DNA of 64,000 nucleotides from an uncultured Lachnospiraceae bacterium (GCA_946628415.1 CAMOWK010000011.1:9927-73926), one strand, 5' to 3'. Shown: positions 1-10,345, counted from the first letter of the stretch. Program-made: numbers and translations. Notes: generated by a model from the sequence alone, not told the origin.

Positions 1-2249
1 CGGAGTATCCCCTGAGCCATGGCAGGTACAAATGTAAGAGCAACAAGAAGACTGGCTACAAGTGTATATGCGATCGTAAGACCCATATCAACAAAGAGCT
101 GTCTCGTAAGTCCTTCAGTGAAAACGATAGGAGCAAAAACGCAGATTGTTGTAAGAGTCGATGCAGCTATAGCTCCCGCAACCTGAGATGCACCGTAAAC
201 ACTCGCCTTCTTTATGGACATACCTTCCGACCGGAGTCTGAAGATATTTTCTATTACAACTATCGAGTTATCAACGAGCATACCTATACCGAGAGCAAGT
301 CCCGACATAGAGATTATATTAAGTGTGATGCCTGTAAAGTACATGAGTACTATGGCAAATATAAGACTGAGCGGAATTGCGCATGCTATGATAATAGTAG
401 GTCTGGCATCCCTCAGGAATATGATAAGAATTATTATGGCTAGCACCGCACCGAGAAGCATGTTCTCAACTATGGATTTAACTATAATATCTATATAAAC
501 TCCCTGATTCATAAGAACCGAGAATTCAGGTCCTTTTTCTTCTTCTCTTTCAAGCAGGTCAAAACGCTCAAGTATGCTGTCGGTTACATCACCTGTTGCA
601 TATCCCGTCTGCTTTTCAAATGTAATGAGAAGTCCCGTCTCTCCGTTTATCTTTGCATATACATCAGCAGAATTATCTATCACCTCTATATTGGCTATAT
701 CAGAAAGATGGATAGGATCAACACCGTCCATACCAAGATCAACCAGCATAAGGTTTTCAAGTGATTCAACATCACTTACCTTGTTACCGACCTTTACAAG
801 CACCTGTCCTTCGTTACCGGAAACATATCCGGCAGGCATTTCAAAGTTCTGCGCCTTAAGAATGGCACCAAGATTTTCAACCGAAAGAACCTTATGGATA
901 TCAGCCTGATCTTTTGCAGAATCCTTTGCGGAATCAAGCTGTGTCTCAGCATTTGTAAGAGCGGCTTCACCGGTTATAAGCTGTGCCATTGCATCGCTCA
1001 TCTGGAGAGTTCCGAGTATAGAGCCCTTATTTATCTGGCTGAGAGCTTGGTCTATGGAAATCTTACCTGCCTCAATCTGACTGAGTGCCGAATTGATCTG
1101 GGCTATACCTGCATTTACCTGAGTAAGATTCTCAGACAGTTTGGATATAGCTGCCGGAAGATCCTCATAGGTAGAAATCTCTATTCCCTGAGTTGCAAGT
1201 ATCGGTGCCTGTTCGGCAATACCTGCATTTATCTGTTCTATAGTTGCAGTAAGTGTTGCAGCCTGTGCTCTTGCCTCATCTATACTCATACCGGCAAGTC
1301 CTGCAAATGTTTCGTCATCAAGCATACCCTGATCGTACATTTCTATTGCCTGATTAAGGGCAGTAAGTCCTTCCTGTGCTTTTACCGCACCGTCATACGC
1401 CTGCTGAAGAGTCTCAATTGCAGTCTTTAAGGTTTCAGCCGTTGCATTAAGCGTTGTAAGCTGACTCTTTAAATCAGATTCTGTCTGATAAAGCTCAATC
1501 TTTTTTGTATTAAGCTCGGTCTCGCCTTCACTGACCTGTGTTGCCACAGTTTCTTTTCCGGCATTGATCTTATTCTTTCCTGACTGAATTTCAGACTTCG
1601 CATCTTTTATCTCTTTTTCACCATCAACAAACTTGGCATCGATGGCTGAAGCGATTTCTTCATTTAATTTGTCAACCTTATCAGGATCTATCGTTACATT
1701 TATCTTCTGTTCTATACCACCGGCTATCGTTACGGAAGCTACACCTTCTATACTCTCAAGCTGAGGTTTAATGTCGTTATCAACATAATCAGTCACATCT
1801 ATGGCGTCCATGCCTTCAACTCCGACCGCAGCAACCATAATAGGAAGCATATCAGGATTTATCTGCATTATGATAGGATTTCCGACAGCCTCATCAAATG
1901 TACCCTTAACCTGATCAAGCTTCTGCTGGATATCTATCATCGTCTTATCCATATTAGACGATTCTTCATATTCCATGATAACAACCGAATAACTGTTATA
2001 AGACATTGACTGCATGGTTTTAAGATTGGATGTCGTTGCGAGACTTGCCTCAAGAGGGGCAGTGACATTTGTTTCAACCTCCTCGGGACTGGCTCCCATA
2101 TCCATAGTCATTACAACAACATACGGAAGTTCCATATCAGGAAGCAAATCCGCTGTCATTCTGGTCATGGCAACATAGCCTATAACAAGCACTGCTACAA
2201 CTACTACAAATACCGTATACGGCCTTCTTACACTGAATTTTGAAATCAT
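1..2249 (-). CDS. AcrB/AcrD/AcrF-family RND efflux permease, 3' end runs off the window; long coiled-coil insert in the extracytoplasmic domain
   Basis: Not in the ORF track because no stop lies in the window. Read by hand from ATG 2249: MISKFSVRRPYTVFVVVVAVLVIG...DLLPDMELPYVVVMT..GASPEEVE..VT.PLE. Later LNIISMSGLALGIGMLVDNSIVVIENIFR, the RND TM4 D-N-(S/A)-IVV-ENI signature. Confidence 0.93.
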   Translation of the reverse strand, partial: MISKFSVRRPYTVFVVVVAVLVIGYVAMTRMTADLLPDMELPYVVVMTMDMGASPEEVETNVTAPLEASLATTSNLKTMQSMSYNSYSVVIMEYEESSNMDKTMIDIQQKLDQVKGTFDEAVGNPIIMQINPDMLPIMVAAVGVEGMDAIDVTDYVDNDIKPQLESIEGVASVTIAGGIEQKINVTIDPDKVDKLNEEIASAIDAKFVDGEKEIKDAKSEIQSGKNKINAGKETVATQVSEGETELNTKKIELYQTESDLKSQLTTLNATAETLKTAIETLQQAYDGAVKAQEGLTALNQAIEMYDQGMLDDETFAGLAGMSIDEARAQAATLTATIEQINAGIAEQAPILATQGIEISTYEDLPAAISKLSENLTQVNAGIAQINSALSQIEAGKISIDQALSQINKGSILGTLQMSDAMAQLITGEAALTNAETQLDSAKDSAKDQADIHKVLSVENLGAILKAQNFEMPAGYVSGNEGQVLVKVGNKVSDVESLENLMLVDLGMDGVDPIHLSDIANIEVIDNSADVYAKINGETGLLITFEKQTGYATGDVTDSILERFDLLEREEEKGPEFSVLMNQGVYIDIIVKSIVENMLLGAVLAIIILIIFLRDARPTIIIACAIPLSLIFAIVLMYFTGITLNIISMSGLALGIGMLVDNSIVVIENIFRLRSEGMSIKKASVYGASQVAGAIAASTLTTICVFAPIVFTEGLTRQLFVDMGLTIAYTLVASLLVALTFVPAMAQGIL

Positions 2250-2345
2250 ATTTTAAATCCTTTAAAACATACAGCCCTTAATTCTTATCTAACGACTACT
2301 TATGGCATTCAATAAACATTTGATCTACCGGCCGGCCGATCATCT

Positions 2346-3002
2346 CTAATCAAGTAATGTAACGTCTGTTACGTAAAACACTTCACATGATCCGTCCCCG
2401 GTATCATCACGTGTTGTACTGCTATACCAGTAAAACGTGGCACCGTCCGGACGCGATGCATTTATATTAACCAGATAACCTTTCATTCTTATATGATCAC
2501 CTGCTTTTATTTTTTTAACAGACGCTCTTACTGCGTCATTTGCCCCGATTATATGATTATTGGCAGAGCATTTTGATACGCCGCTTACACCACCTACAGG
2601 ATTCAGCTCTGCATATGTATCGGTTTTCCAGTAATACCATCTTCCGTTTTGCGACCAGTTAAAATCAATCCTGTCATTATATTCAGCAACCTTGCCCCAC
2701 GCAAGTGCAAGATCTTTAGGTGCAAGCTTATCTCCAAGGGTCCCGCCTGTATAGTTCTTTGTATGAACCACAAGTGCCTCGATATCGTAGGAGTAAAGAT
2801 AGCTTATATCCACTTTAAAGTCATCCATCTGAAGAGTCGTGCTGCCTTTTGCTTTTTCCTGCTTTGGTTCACCTATACCTGCCACACTTCTTCTTGCATC
2901 CCCGCTGCTCCCTTTAAAATAAAAAATAAGAGCACCGGCGATAAGGATAAATATAATGGCTCTCACTCTGTTATCTTTAAAAATACTGTTCATGACTCTC
3001 AC
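2346..3002 (-). CDS. Conserved hypothetical protein with N-terminal membrane anchor
   Basis: 218-aa ORF with one hydrophobic N-terminal helix. Motifs APKDLALAWG, SQNGRWYYW, SANNHIIG, GYLVNI and SSTTRDDTGDGSCEV resemble a widespread uncharacterised family (recalled, not searched). Confidence 0.7.
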   Translation of the reverse strand: MRVMNSIFKDNRVRAIIFILIAGALIFYFKGSSGDARRSVAGIGEPKQEKAKGSTTLQMDDFKVDISYLYSYDIEALVVHTKNYTGGTLGDKLAPKDLALAWGKVAEYNDRIDFNWSQNGRWYYWKTDTYAELNPVGGVSGVSKCSANNHIIGANDAVRASVKKIKAGDHIRMKGYLVNINASRPDGATFYWYSSTTRDDTGDGSCEVFYVTDVTLLD

Positions 3003-3020
3003 CTGAAAATAAGTCTATGG

Positions 3021-3638
3021 TTATCTAAGCTCATCGAGTGTCTTACCGTAGGACGGCATAAAATCATTCATAAAATCTTTTACTTCCGGCATCTCCTGTG
3101 CCATATCGGAAAGTATCTTTTCCGTGGAAATCTTGGCAGTCCTGAATTCCATATTGCCGGAGGTTTCTTCTTCTATACATTTAATAAGAGCTGAAATCTT
3201 ATCAGCAGCCTTTACAAGCCGCCTCATATAGAGTTCTTCGGCTCTTTCCTCTTCAGTAAGTTCCGCGGTACTGTCAGAAAAGAAAACCTTTCTGTATTCA
3301 GATTTAAGGTCTTCGGGAAGCATTTCGATTATATGCTCCTCTGCGACTCTTTCCACTTCTTTATACGCAGTTTTAATATCCTTATTGTAGTACTTAACAG
3401 GTGTAGGCATATCTCCTGTTATTATCTCCGAAGCATCATGATAGAGTCCGATAACAGCTGCCTTATCAGCATTCATACTGTGACCGTATCTTACATTTCC
3501 AATAGTCACAAGAGCATGTGCGATCATCGCTACATCAAGGCAGTGCTCTGACAGATTCTCCGGGCGGGAATTCCTCATCAGCGCCCAGCGCTCTATATAT
3601 TTCATTCTTGAAACAAATGCAAAAAAACTGTAACTCAT
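3021..3638 (-). CDS. yfbR: HD-domain 5'-deoxynucleotidase
   Basis: RMKYIERWALMRN..ENLSEH, LYHDASEIITGDMPTPVKY, VKAADKISALIKCIEE. Confidence 0.9.
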   Translation of the reverse strand: MSYSFFAFVSRMKYIERWALMRNSRPENLSEHCLDVAMIAHALVTIGNVRYGHSMNADKAAVIGLYHDASEIITGDMPTPVKYYNKDIKTAYKEVERVAEEHIIEMLPEDLKSEYRKVFFSDSTAELTEEERAEELYMRRLVKAADKISALIKCIEEETSGNMEFRTAKISTEKILSDMAQEMPEVKDFMNDFMPSYGKTLDELR

Positions 3639-3723
3639 ACAAAGACATCCTTCCGTATCTATAAAAACGCTGCATATTTCGTATCACCCGGGTAATGGTT
3701 CTACGTTTTATTATATACAGCAA

Positions 3724-3754
3724 GTACCAGATACAGCTTACCTGCATCTGGTAC
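3724..3754 (-). terminator. 13-bp hairpin after the LCP gene, probable terminator
   Basis: GTACCAGATGCAG-gtaag-CTGTATCTGGTAC on the minus strand, about 20 nt after the LCP stop; weak U-tract. Confidence 0.55.
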
Positions 3755-3776
3755 ATATTACGCCTTAAATAACCAG

Positions 3777-4979
3777 TTATTCTGATTCTGTATCCTCTTC
3801 AGTTGCTTCCGGATCACCCTCATTATTTTCTGAATCTTCAAGAGAAATCGGCCCCGCACTTGACGCTCCTGTTTCAGATGTAAGTGCAGAATTGAGACTT
3901 GTCACCTTCTCTGAAGGATTATACGCTTTATCATCGAAAAGAAATTCATGAAGTACGATGACATTTTCAGAAAGATCCTGAGCAGCAAGACATGCTCCCT
4001 TTTCCTTTGAACTGTAATACGTGAATCTAAACGGGAAGCCTGCTGTATCAGTAAGTTCATAAGAAGCAAGAGCCTGAGCAAGAGTATACATTTCATCTTC
4101 GGTGATACTTGTTCTTATGTATGGGAAAAGTTCCTTTATCATCTTATCAATGGTTGAAATATCACTGTCTTTTAATTTTTCAACCATTGCAGAAAGAACC
4201 TCTCTTTGTCTTTCTGTTCTTGTTATATCACCCTGTCCTGTGTTACGAAGTCTTGAATATGCAGTAGCCTGAACTCCGTTAAGTGTTATATCACCTGTCT
4301 CAAATACACCGTCTGAATATATACCGTTTGAAGCAATCTGCTCGGTAATAAGTCCGTTCAGCATCTCAAGCTCAGCAGGTTCAATATTAACACGAACTCC
4401 ACCAAGAGCATCGATAGCCCTTGTAAGTCCTTCCCAGTTAACTGTTATATATTCTGTAATACTAAGATCAAGATTTGCATTAAGAGTCTTCACTGCCATC
4501 TCAGGACCGCCGTATGCATACGATACATTTACCTTTGAAGTAACAGGATTATCCTTCTGTATTTCAAGCAGAGTATCTCTGTAAACAGAGCAGAGTCTTA
4601 CCTCTTTTGTATCATTATTGATGGACGCTATGATGATTGCATCACTTCTTGAACCTTTTCCCATATTGGTATCACGGGAATCAACTCCAAAAAGTGCGAT
4701 CTGGGTAAAGCCCTTTGTCTCTTCTTCAACCTTTTCATCTATAGCAAGCTCATGCTTTTCTATATCATCAACAGTCATAAGGCTGTATCTGCTTTTTACG
4801 TACTGCCTGAATATTCCGACACCGAGAACAACGATGAGGATTATCTCAACGATGAGCGCTATGACCCATTTTACATTTCCTGAAACATTCCTCTTCTCAG
4901 CACGCTTATAGTCATAATAGTCTTCTTCGTAATTTTCGTATTCTTCTTCGTAATCGTCGTAGTCTTTATTCTTACTCAT
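3777..4979 (-). CDS. LCP (LytR-CpsA-Psr) family glycopolymer-peptidoglycan ligase
   Basis: Single TM, then IALFGVDSR, RSDAIIIASIN, SVYRDT, K(V)NVSYAYGG, LNGVQATAYSRLR, GDITRTERQREV. Confidence 0.93.
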   Translation of the reverse strand: MSKNKDYDDYEEEYENYEEDYYDYKRAEKRNVSGNVKWVIALIVEIILIVVLGVGIFRQYVKSRYSLMTVDDIEKHELAIDEKVEEETKGFTQIALFGVDSRDTNMGKGSRSDAIIIASINNDTKEVRLCSVYRDTLLEIQKDNPVTSKVNVSYAYGGPEMAVKTLNANLDLSITEYITVNWEGLTRAIDALGGVRVNIEPAELEMLNGLITEQIASNGIYSDGVFETGDITLNGVQATAYSRLRNTGQGDITRTERQREVLSAMVEKLKDSDISTIDKMIKELFPYIRTSITEDEMYTLAQALASYELTDTAGFPFRFTYYSSKEKGACLAAQDLSENVIVLHEFLFDDKAYNPSEKVTSLNSALTSETGASSAGPISLEDSENNEGDPEATEEDTESE

Positions 4980-5116
4980 TTATCACTTACTCCTGATTGT
5001 CCGGCATCAACCTGCTTACAAACAAACTGTATCATATGTAGGTCAAGCTGCCAACATTTATCTATAAGTCATCAAATTTATATTCTACGTAATAATAACG
5101 AAATGGGCTTCTTATT

Positions 5117-5854
5117 TCAAGCTTTACTTTGCTTAATTTTAATGGCTATTGTGTCATGTATCATAACAAAAATCTGGCTCACGGATATCTTTGATCTTCT
5201 CTGGGTACTGCGTTTAGGTCTCAGTACGACAGGAAGTTCAATGATCTTAAGCCCGGCTTTTGCCGCCATCGCAAGTATCTCAATATCAAATGAAAAGCGG
5301 TTTATAGTTGCATTTTCAAATATGCTCTTTGCCTTTTCCATTCTGAATACTTTAAGTCCGGTCTGAGTATCTTTTACATTAAGCGAAAAAAGCAGTTTTA
5401 CCATACGATAATAAACATAACTCATAAGGCGCCTAAACGGTGAGTATTCTATATTCGAACTCTTATGGAGTTTTGAACCTATAGCAATATCAGCATTTTC
5501 GTCTATAAGCTTTCTCAAAAAGTTTTCCAGCTGATAAGGTGGAAGATCAAGATCCGAGTCAAGAAATGCAGCATATGTGGAATCGGCATACATCATACCT
5601 TTTCTCACCGCATATCCTTTACCACGGTTTTTACTGTAGGAAATGACTTTTATACGTCTGTCCATATTTCTTGCCCTAAGCATTTCCTTTTTCGTACTGT
5701 CACTGCTCCCGTCATTTACGGCAATTATCGCAAAATCATTCGTAAATCTGCTTATCTCATCTGCCGCCTGAAGAAGATTATCACATATGATACTTTCTTC
5801 GTTATATGCCGGCATTACCACGGAAAGATATTTTTTCCTGCTGTTATCTTCCAC
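5117..5854 (-). CDS. GT2 glycosyltransferase, polyprenol-phosphate-sugar synthase (DPM1-like)
   Basis: SVVMPAYNEE, NDGSSDST, NRGKGYAVRKG, FLDSDLD, DTQTGLKVF, RFSFDIEIL. Start trimmed to the GTG overlapping the rfbB stop. Confidence 0.88.
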   Translation of the reverse strand: MEDNSRKKYLSVVMPAYNEESIICDNLLQAADEISRFTNDFAIIAVNDGSSDSTKKEMLRARNMDRRIKVISYSKNRGKGYAVRKGMMYADSTYAAFLDSDLDLPPYQLENFLRKLIDENADIAIGSKLHKSSNIEYSPFRRLMSYVYYRMVKLLFSLNVKDTQTGLKVFRMEKAKSIFENATINRFSFDIEILAMAAKAGLKIIELPVVLRPKRSTQRRSKISVSQIFVMIHDTIAIKIKQSKA

Positions 5855-6929
5855 TGTACATTGCCTCATAATACTTCTGATAATCACCGCTCGTTACATT
5901 TTCCATCCATTCCATGTTCTCAAGATACCACTTGATCGTAAGTCTTATTCCATCTTTAAACATGGTCTCCGGATACCAGCCAAGTTCTTCTTTTATCTTG
6001 TCAGGAGCTATGGCATATCTTCTGTCATGCCCCTTACGGTCTTCAACATAAGTAATAAGATCCTTTGATACATTTTTCTTACGAGGATCTGAATCAGGAA
6101 GAAGTTCCTGCAGAGTTTCAATGATTATATTAATTATCTCTATATTCTGCTTTTCGTTATGACCGCCTATATTGTATCTTTCACCGAGCCTGCCGTTTTC
6201 CTGAACCATATCTATTCCTTTAGCATGATCCATGACATAGAGCCAGTCACGAACATTCTTTCCGTCACCATAAACAGGAAGTTTTTTCCCGGCGAGCGCA
6301 TTGTTAATGATAAGCGGGATAAGCTTCTCAGGGAACTGATAAGGTCCATAGTTATTACTGCAGTTTGTTATATTTGCAGGGAAATGATACGTATCAATAT
6401 AAGCCTTCACAAGCATATCCGAACCTGCCTTACTTGATGAGTAAGGGCTGTGAGGATCTATAGGTGTTGTCTCATAAAAGAATGCGGATTCATCATCGGG
6501 AAGTGATCCGTAAACCTCATCTGTAGATACATGAAGGAATCTCTTATCCTCTTTAAATGTACCGTCCGGATTTTCCCATGCTGCCTTAGCCGCATTAAGC
6601 ATAACCGCAGTTCCGAGAACATTTGTCTTAACAAATATTTCAGGATTCCTTATACTTCTGTCAACATGACTTTCTGCCGCAAAATGAACAACTCTGTCAA
6701 TGTCATTTTCAGCAAATATCTTTTCTATAGCTTCTTTATCACAGATATCTGCTTTAACAAATGTATAATTATCTCTATTCTCGATATCCTTAAGGTTTTC
6801 GAGATTACCGGCATATGTAAGCTTGTCTACATTAATGATACGTATTGAATCACCGTATTTATCAAACATGTAGTGAATGTAATTAGAGCCGATGAAGCCT
6901 GCTCCACCTGTAACTAAGTATGTTCTCAT
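5844..6929 (-). CDS. rfbB: dTDP-glucose 4,6-dehydratase
   Basis: LVTGGAGFIGSN, DKLTYAGNL, HFAAESHVDRSI, STDEVYG, PYSSSKA, NNYGPYQFPEKLIP, DRKGHDRRYA. Confidence 0.96.
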   Translation of the reverse strand: MRTYLVTGGAGFIGSNYIHYMFDKYGDSIRIINVDKLTYAGNLENLKDIENRDNYTFVKADICDKEAIEKIFAENDIDRVVHFAAESHVDRSIRNPEIFVKTNVLGTAVMLNAAKAAWENPDGTFKEDKRFLHVSTDEVYGSLPDDESAFFYETTPIDPHSPYSSSKAGSDMLVKAYIDTYHFPANITNCSNNYGPYQFPEKLIPLIINNALAGKKLPVYGDGKNVRDWLYVMDHAKGIDMVQENGRLGERYNIGGHNEKQNIEIINIIIETLQELLPDSDPRKKNVSKDLITYVEDRKGHDRRYAIAPDKIKEELGWYPETMFKDGIRLTIKWYLENMEWMENVTSGDYQKYYEAMYSGR

Positions 6930-6968
6930 GGCATTGTCCTTTCTATACTTTTAAATAACGATACCAGA

Positions 6969-8405
6969 TCAGTCCAGTATCTTTGAAATCATCTGATTTA
7001 CGGTTGCAGGGTCACATTTACCCTTCATTTCTTTCATAACAAAACCTACGATTGCACCTGCTGCCTTCTTCTTTCCGGCTTTATAATCTTCAACCGCCTT
7101 AGGATTTGATTCTATAGCTTTCTTTACAACCCCTTCAAGCTCTCCTGCGTCAGCCTTGGTTGAAAGACCGTTATCGGCTACATACTTTTCAGGATCGAGA
7201 TTTTCGGTAAAGACAGCCTTCTCGAAAACTTCCTTTGCAACAGCATTGTTGATTTCCTTGGATTCATTCAGCTTTATAAGCTTAACAAGGTTTTCAGCAG
7301 AAAACTTAAGGTCTGTTGCGTCTGTTCCTGTTTCTTTCATGAGACGCATAGTCTCACCCATCAGCCAGTTACTTATCTTCTTGGCATCTCCGCCGAGTTT
7401 TACGCCCTCATCAAGGATGTCAGCCATCTTCTTTTCGGCTGTAATCTGATCGATATCGTAATCCGGAAGGTCGTACTCTTCCTTATATCTTATCTTTTTA
7501 GCTTCCCTGAACTCAGGTTCAGCCTTCTTAATCTCATCTATCAGTTCATCTGATACGATTATGGGAACAAGGTCTGGATCCGGGAAATATCTGTAATCCT
7601 GTGCATCTTCCTTGGAACGCATCGGATATGAATAACCCTTATTATCATCCCATCTTCTCGTCTCCTGAGTAACAGACTTTCCTTCTTCCAAAAGATCCGT
7701 CTGACGGGCTATTTCATTTTCTATGGAATGTCTGATGGCCGTAAAGCTGTTAAGATTTTTAGTCTCTGTTCTTGTGCCAAATGTCTCGCTTCCCTTTTCC
7801 CTTATGGAAAGGTTAACATCCGCCCTCATAGAGCCTTCATTTAACTTACAGTCGGAAGCACCGAGATACTGAATGGTCTCACGAAGCTTTGAAAGATAAG
7901 CTATAACCTCATCAGCCGATCTCATATCAGGCTCGGAAACTATCTCGATAAGCGGAACACCTGAACGGTTGAAATCCACGTATGAACTTTCATTCCATTC
8001 ATCATGAACAAGTTTTCCCGCATCCTCTTCCATATGGATTTCATGGATACGAACATCCTTCTTAGTTCCGTTTACTTCTATCTCAACCTTACCATCCCTG
8101 CATATAGGATAGTACAGCTGCGAAATCTGGTAATTCTGAGGATTGTCCGGATAGAAATAATTCTTACGGTCAAACTTACTGTTTCTTGTAATGTTACAGT
8201 TAGTTGCAAGACCGACTGCTATAGCCTTTCTAAGCACCTCTTTATTAAGAACCGGAAGACTTCCCGGCATACCCGTACATACAGGACATGTATGTGTATT
8301 AGGCGCACCACCAAATGCAGTAGAACATCCACAGAATATCTTTGTCTTTGTATTCAGTTCAACATGGACTTCAAGTCCGATAACTACTTCATATTCTTTT
8401 GACAT
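6969..8405 (-). CDS. gatB: Asp-tRNA(Asn)/Glu-tRNA(Gln) amidotransferase subunit B
   Basis: VIGLEVHVEL, FDRKNYFYPD, HMEEDAGK, DFNRSGVPLIEIVSEPD, DYRYFPDPDL. Start trimmed to ATG 8405. Confidence 0.97.
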   Translation of the reverse strand: MSKEYEVVIGLEVHVELNTKTKIFCGCSTAFGGAPNTHTCPVCTGMPGSLPVLNKEVLRKAIAVGLATNCNITRNSKFDRKNYFYPDNPQNYQISQLYYPICRDGKVEIEVNGTKKDVRIHEIHMEEDAGKLVHDEWNESSYVDFNRSGVPLIEIVSEPDMRSADEVIAYLSKLRETIQYLGASDCKLNEGSMRADVNLSIREKGSETFGTRTETKNLNSFTAIRHSIENEIARQTDLLEEGKSVTQETRRWDDNKGYSYPMRSKEDAQDYRYFPDPDLVPIIVSDELIDEIKKAEPEFREAKKIRYKEEYDLPDYDIDQITAEKKMADILDEGVKLGGDAKKISNWLMGETMRLMKETGTDATDLKFSAENLVKLIKLNESKEINNAVAKEVFEKAVFTENLDPEKYVADNGLSTKADAGELEGVVKKAIESNPKAVEDYKAGKKKAAGAIVGFVMKEMKGKCDPATVNQMISKILD

Positions 8406-8459
8406 TTTTTCACCTTTCTTCCCCGAATCCGTATATCCGGACGAAGCTTTCATTTACTG

Positions 8460-9935
8460 TTACTTACATATCTCCGGTTTCTTTCTTGTAAAGGTACTTT
8501 CAAATGCATATGCTGCCCTTAGTATCTTTCTTTCTTCAAATACCTGTCCAAGAAGCTGAAGTCCTACAGGCATTCCGTCCTTATCATATCCGCACGGAGT
8601 TGAAATACCCGGAAGTCCGGCAAGGTTAACAGAGACAGTATAAATGTCCCCAAGATACATTTTTATAGGGTCAGAAAGTGACTCCCCAATCTTTAGGGCA
8701 GTTGTAGGTGCAACAGGTCCAAGAATCACGTCATACTTAAGAAATGCCTTGTCAAATGCCTCTTTAATAAGCCTCTTAACACGAAGAGCCTTTACGTAGT
8801 AGGCATCATAATATCCTGATGAAAGAACAAATGAACCGAGCATTATACGACGCTTTACTTCAGCACCAAAGCCCTCGCTTCTCGTCTTCTTATACATGTT
8901 GTGGAGATCGGTATATTCAGCTGTTCTGTAGCCGTACTTGACTCCGTCAAACCTTTCAAGATTCGATGAAGCCTCTGCGCAGGCGATGATGTAATATGCA
9001 GGAATTGCATATTCAACCATTCCAAGGTCAAACTCTTCTACCTCTGCTCCAAGACTCTTTAATGTCTCAGCAGCTCTAAGTACATTTTCCTTAACATCCG
9101 CATCAAGTCCTTCTCCGAAGTAATCTCTAGGAATACCGATCTTCATACCCTTTACATCAGGTATAAGAGCGTTCATAAAATCTGTATCATCCATGTCTGC
9201 CGAAGTAGAATCCTTATAATCATGTCCGGAAATAATGCTGAGTGTTGCAGCGCAGTCCGTTACATCTCTTGCTATAGGTCCTATCTGATCAAGTGATGAA
9301 CCATAAGCAATAAGTCCGTATCTGGAAACTCTTCCGTAGGTAGGCTTAATTCCTGTAACACCACAGAAGCTTGCCGGCTGTCTTATGGATCCGCCGGTAT
9401 CTGAACCGAGCGCAAAAGGAACCTCCTCAGCTGCAACAGCCGCAGCTGAACCACCTGACGAACCACCCGGAACTCTTCCCAGGTCATACGGATTCTTGGT
9501 AGGTCCGAAATAAGAAGTTTCTGTTGTACTTCCCATCGCGAACTCATCCATATTTGTTTTTCCGACTATTACAGCACCCGCCTCGATAAGTCTTTCAACG
9601 GCAGTACTTGTAAATGTAGGAACAAAGTTACCGAGAATCTTTGATGAACAGGTGGTAAGCATTCCTGCTACATTCATATTATCTTTTATGGCAATCGGAA
9701 CTCCCGCAAAAGGACTGAGCACATCGCCGTCTGCTTTCTTTGCTGCGATCACTTTATCCATTTCCTCTGCACGCCTTAATGCGCCCTCTGTATCAATAGT
9801 AACAAAGGAATGCACGTCTTTATCTAATCTTCCGATAGCATCTAGAGAGGCTTTCACTGCTTCAACCGAGCTTAATTCACCACTCGCTATCTTCTTTCCC
9901 AGCTCAACCGCTGAGAGAGACATAATATCACTCAT
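8460..9935 (-). CDS. gatA: Amidotransferase subunit A
   Basis: Amidase signature GKTNMDEFAMGS, PGGSSGGSAAAVAA, GSDTGGSIRQPA, EVKRRIMLG. Confidence 0.97.
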   Translation of the reverse strand: MSDIMSLSAVELGKKIASGELSSVEAVKASLDAIGRLDKDVHSFVTIDTEGALRRAEEMDKVIAAKKADGDVLSPFAGVPIAIKDNMNVAGMLTTCSSKILGNFVPTFTSTAVERLIEAGAVIVGKTNMDEFAMGSTTETSYFGPTKNPYDLGRVPGGSSGGSAAAVAAEEVPFALGSDTGGSIRQPASFCGVTGIKPTYGRVSRYGLIAYGSSLDQIGPIARDVTDCAATLSIISGHDYKDSTSADMDDTDFMNALIPDVKGMKIGIPRDYFGEGLDADVKENVLRAAETLKSLGAEVEEFDLGMVEYAIPAYYIIACAEASSNLERFDGVKYGYRTAEYTDLHNMYKKTRSEGFGAEVKRRIMLGSFVLSSGYYDAYYVKALRVKRLIKEAFDKAFLKYDVILGPVAPTTALKIGESLSDPIKMYLGDIYTVSVNLAGLPGISTPCGYDKDGMPVGLQLLGQVFEERKILRAAYAFESTFTRKKPEICK

Positions 9936-9984
9936 CTGGTTTTCTCCTCAATTTACTTTTTGCATAGTTTTAATGCCATAAATA

Positions 9985-10272
9985 CTAGGCAAATGTCTTA
10001 GGAACTATATAACTGTCATCACTCTTTTCAGGTGCATTTGCGAGCATATTCTCGCTGTCATCACCATTTGTAACCACGTCTTCACGAAGTACATTTGACA
10101 CCGGAAATGTATGGCTCATCGGCTCCACACCCGATACATCAAGTTCATTCAGTTTATTTACGTATTCAAGCATATCAGTCATATCCTTCTTTGCCTGTTC
10201 TTTCTCTTCACCGGAAAGCTCAAGTTTTGCAAGGATCCCGACATAATCGATGGTTTCATCTGTTATCTGCAC
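9985..10272 (-). CDS. gatC: Amidotransferase subunit C
   Basis: 95 aa; VGILAKLEL, LNELDVSGVEP, LRED, LANAP; directly upstream of gatA. Confidence 0.95.
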   Translation of the reverse strand: MQITDETIDYVGILAKLELSGEEKEQAKKDMTDMLEYVNKLNELDVSGVEPMSHTFPVSNVLREDVVTNGDDSENMLANAPEKSDDSYIVPKTFA

Positions 10273-10345
10273 CTAATGTTACCTCCTAAAATATCTTTTT
10301 ATCAGAATAATCCGTTCCTTAATACCAAATATATATCCTTCATCA

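Noticed and set aside
2329-2338. GC palindrome CGGCCGGCCG upstream of the RND gene
   Set aside because: Single 10-bp self-complementary run with no U-tract, no second copy and no supporting context
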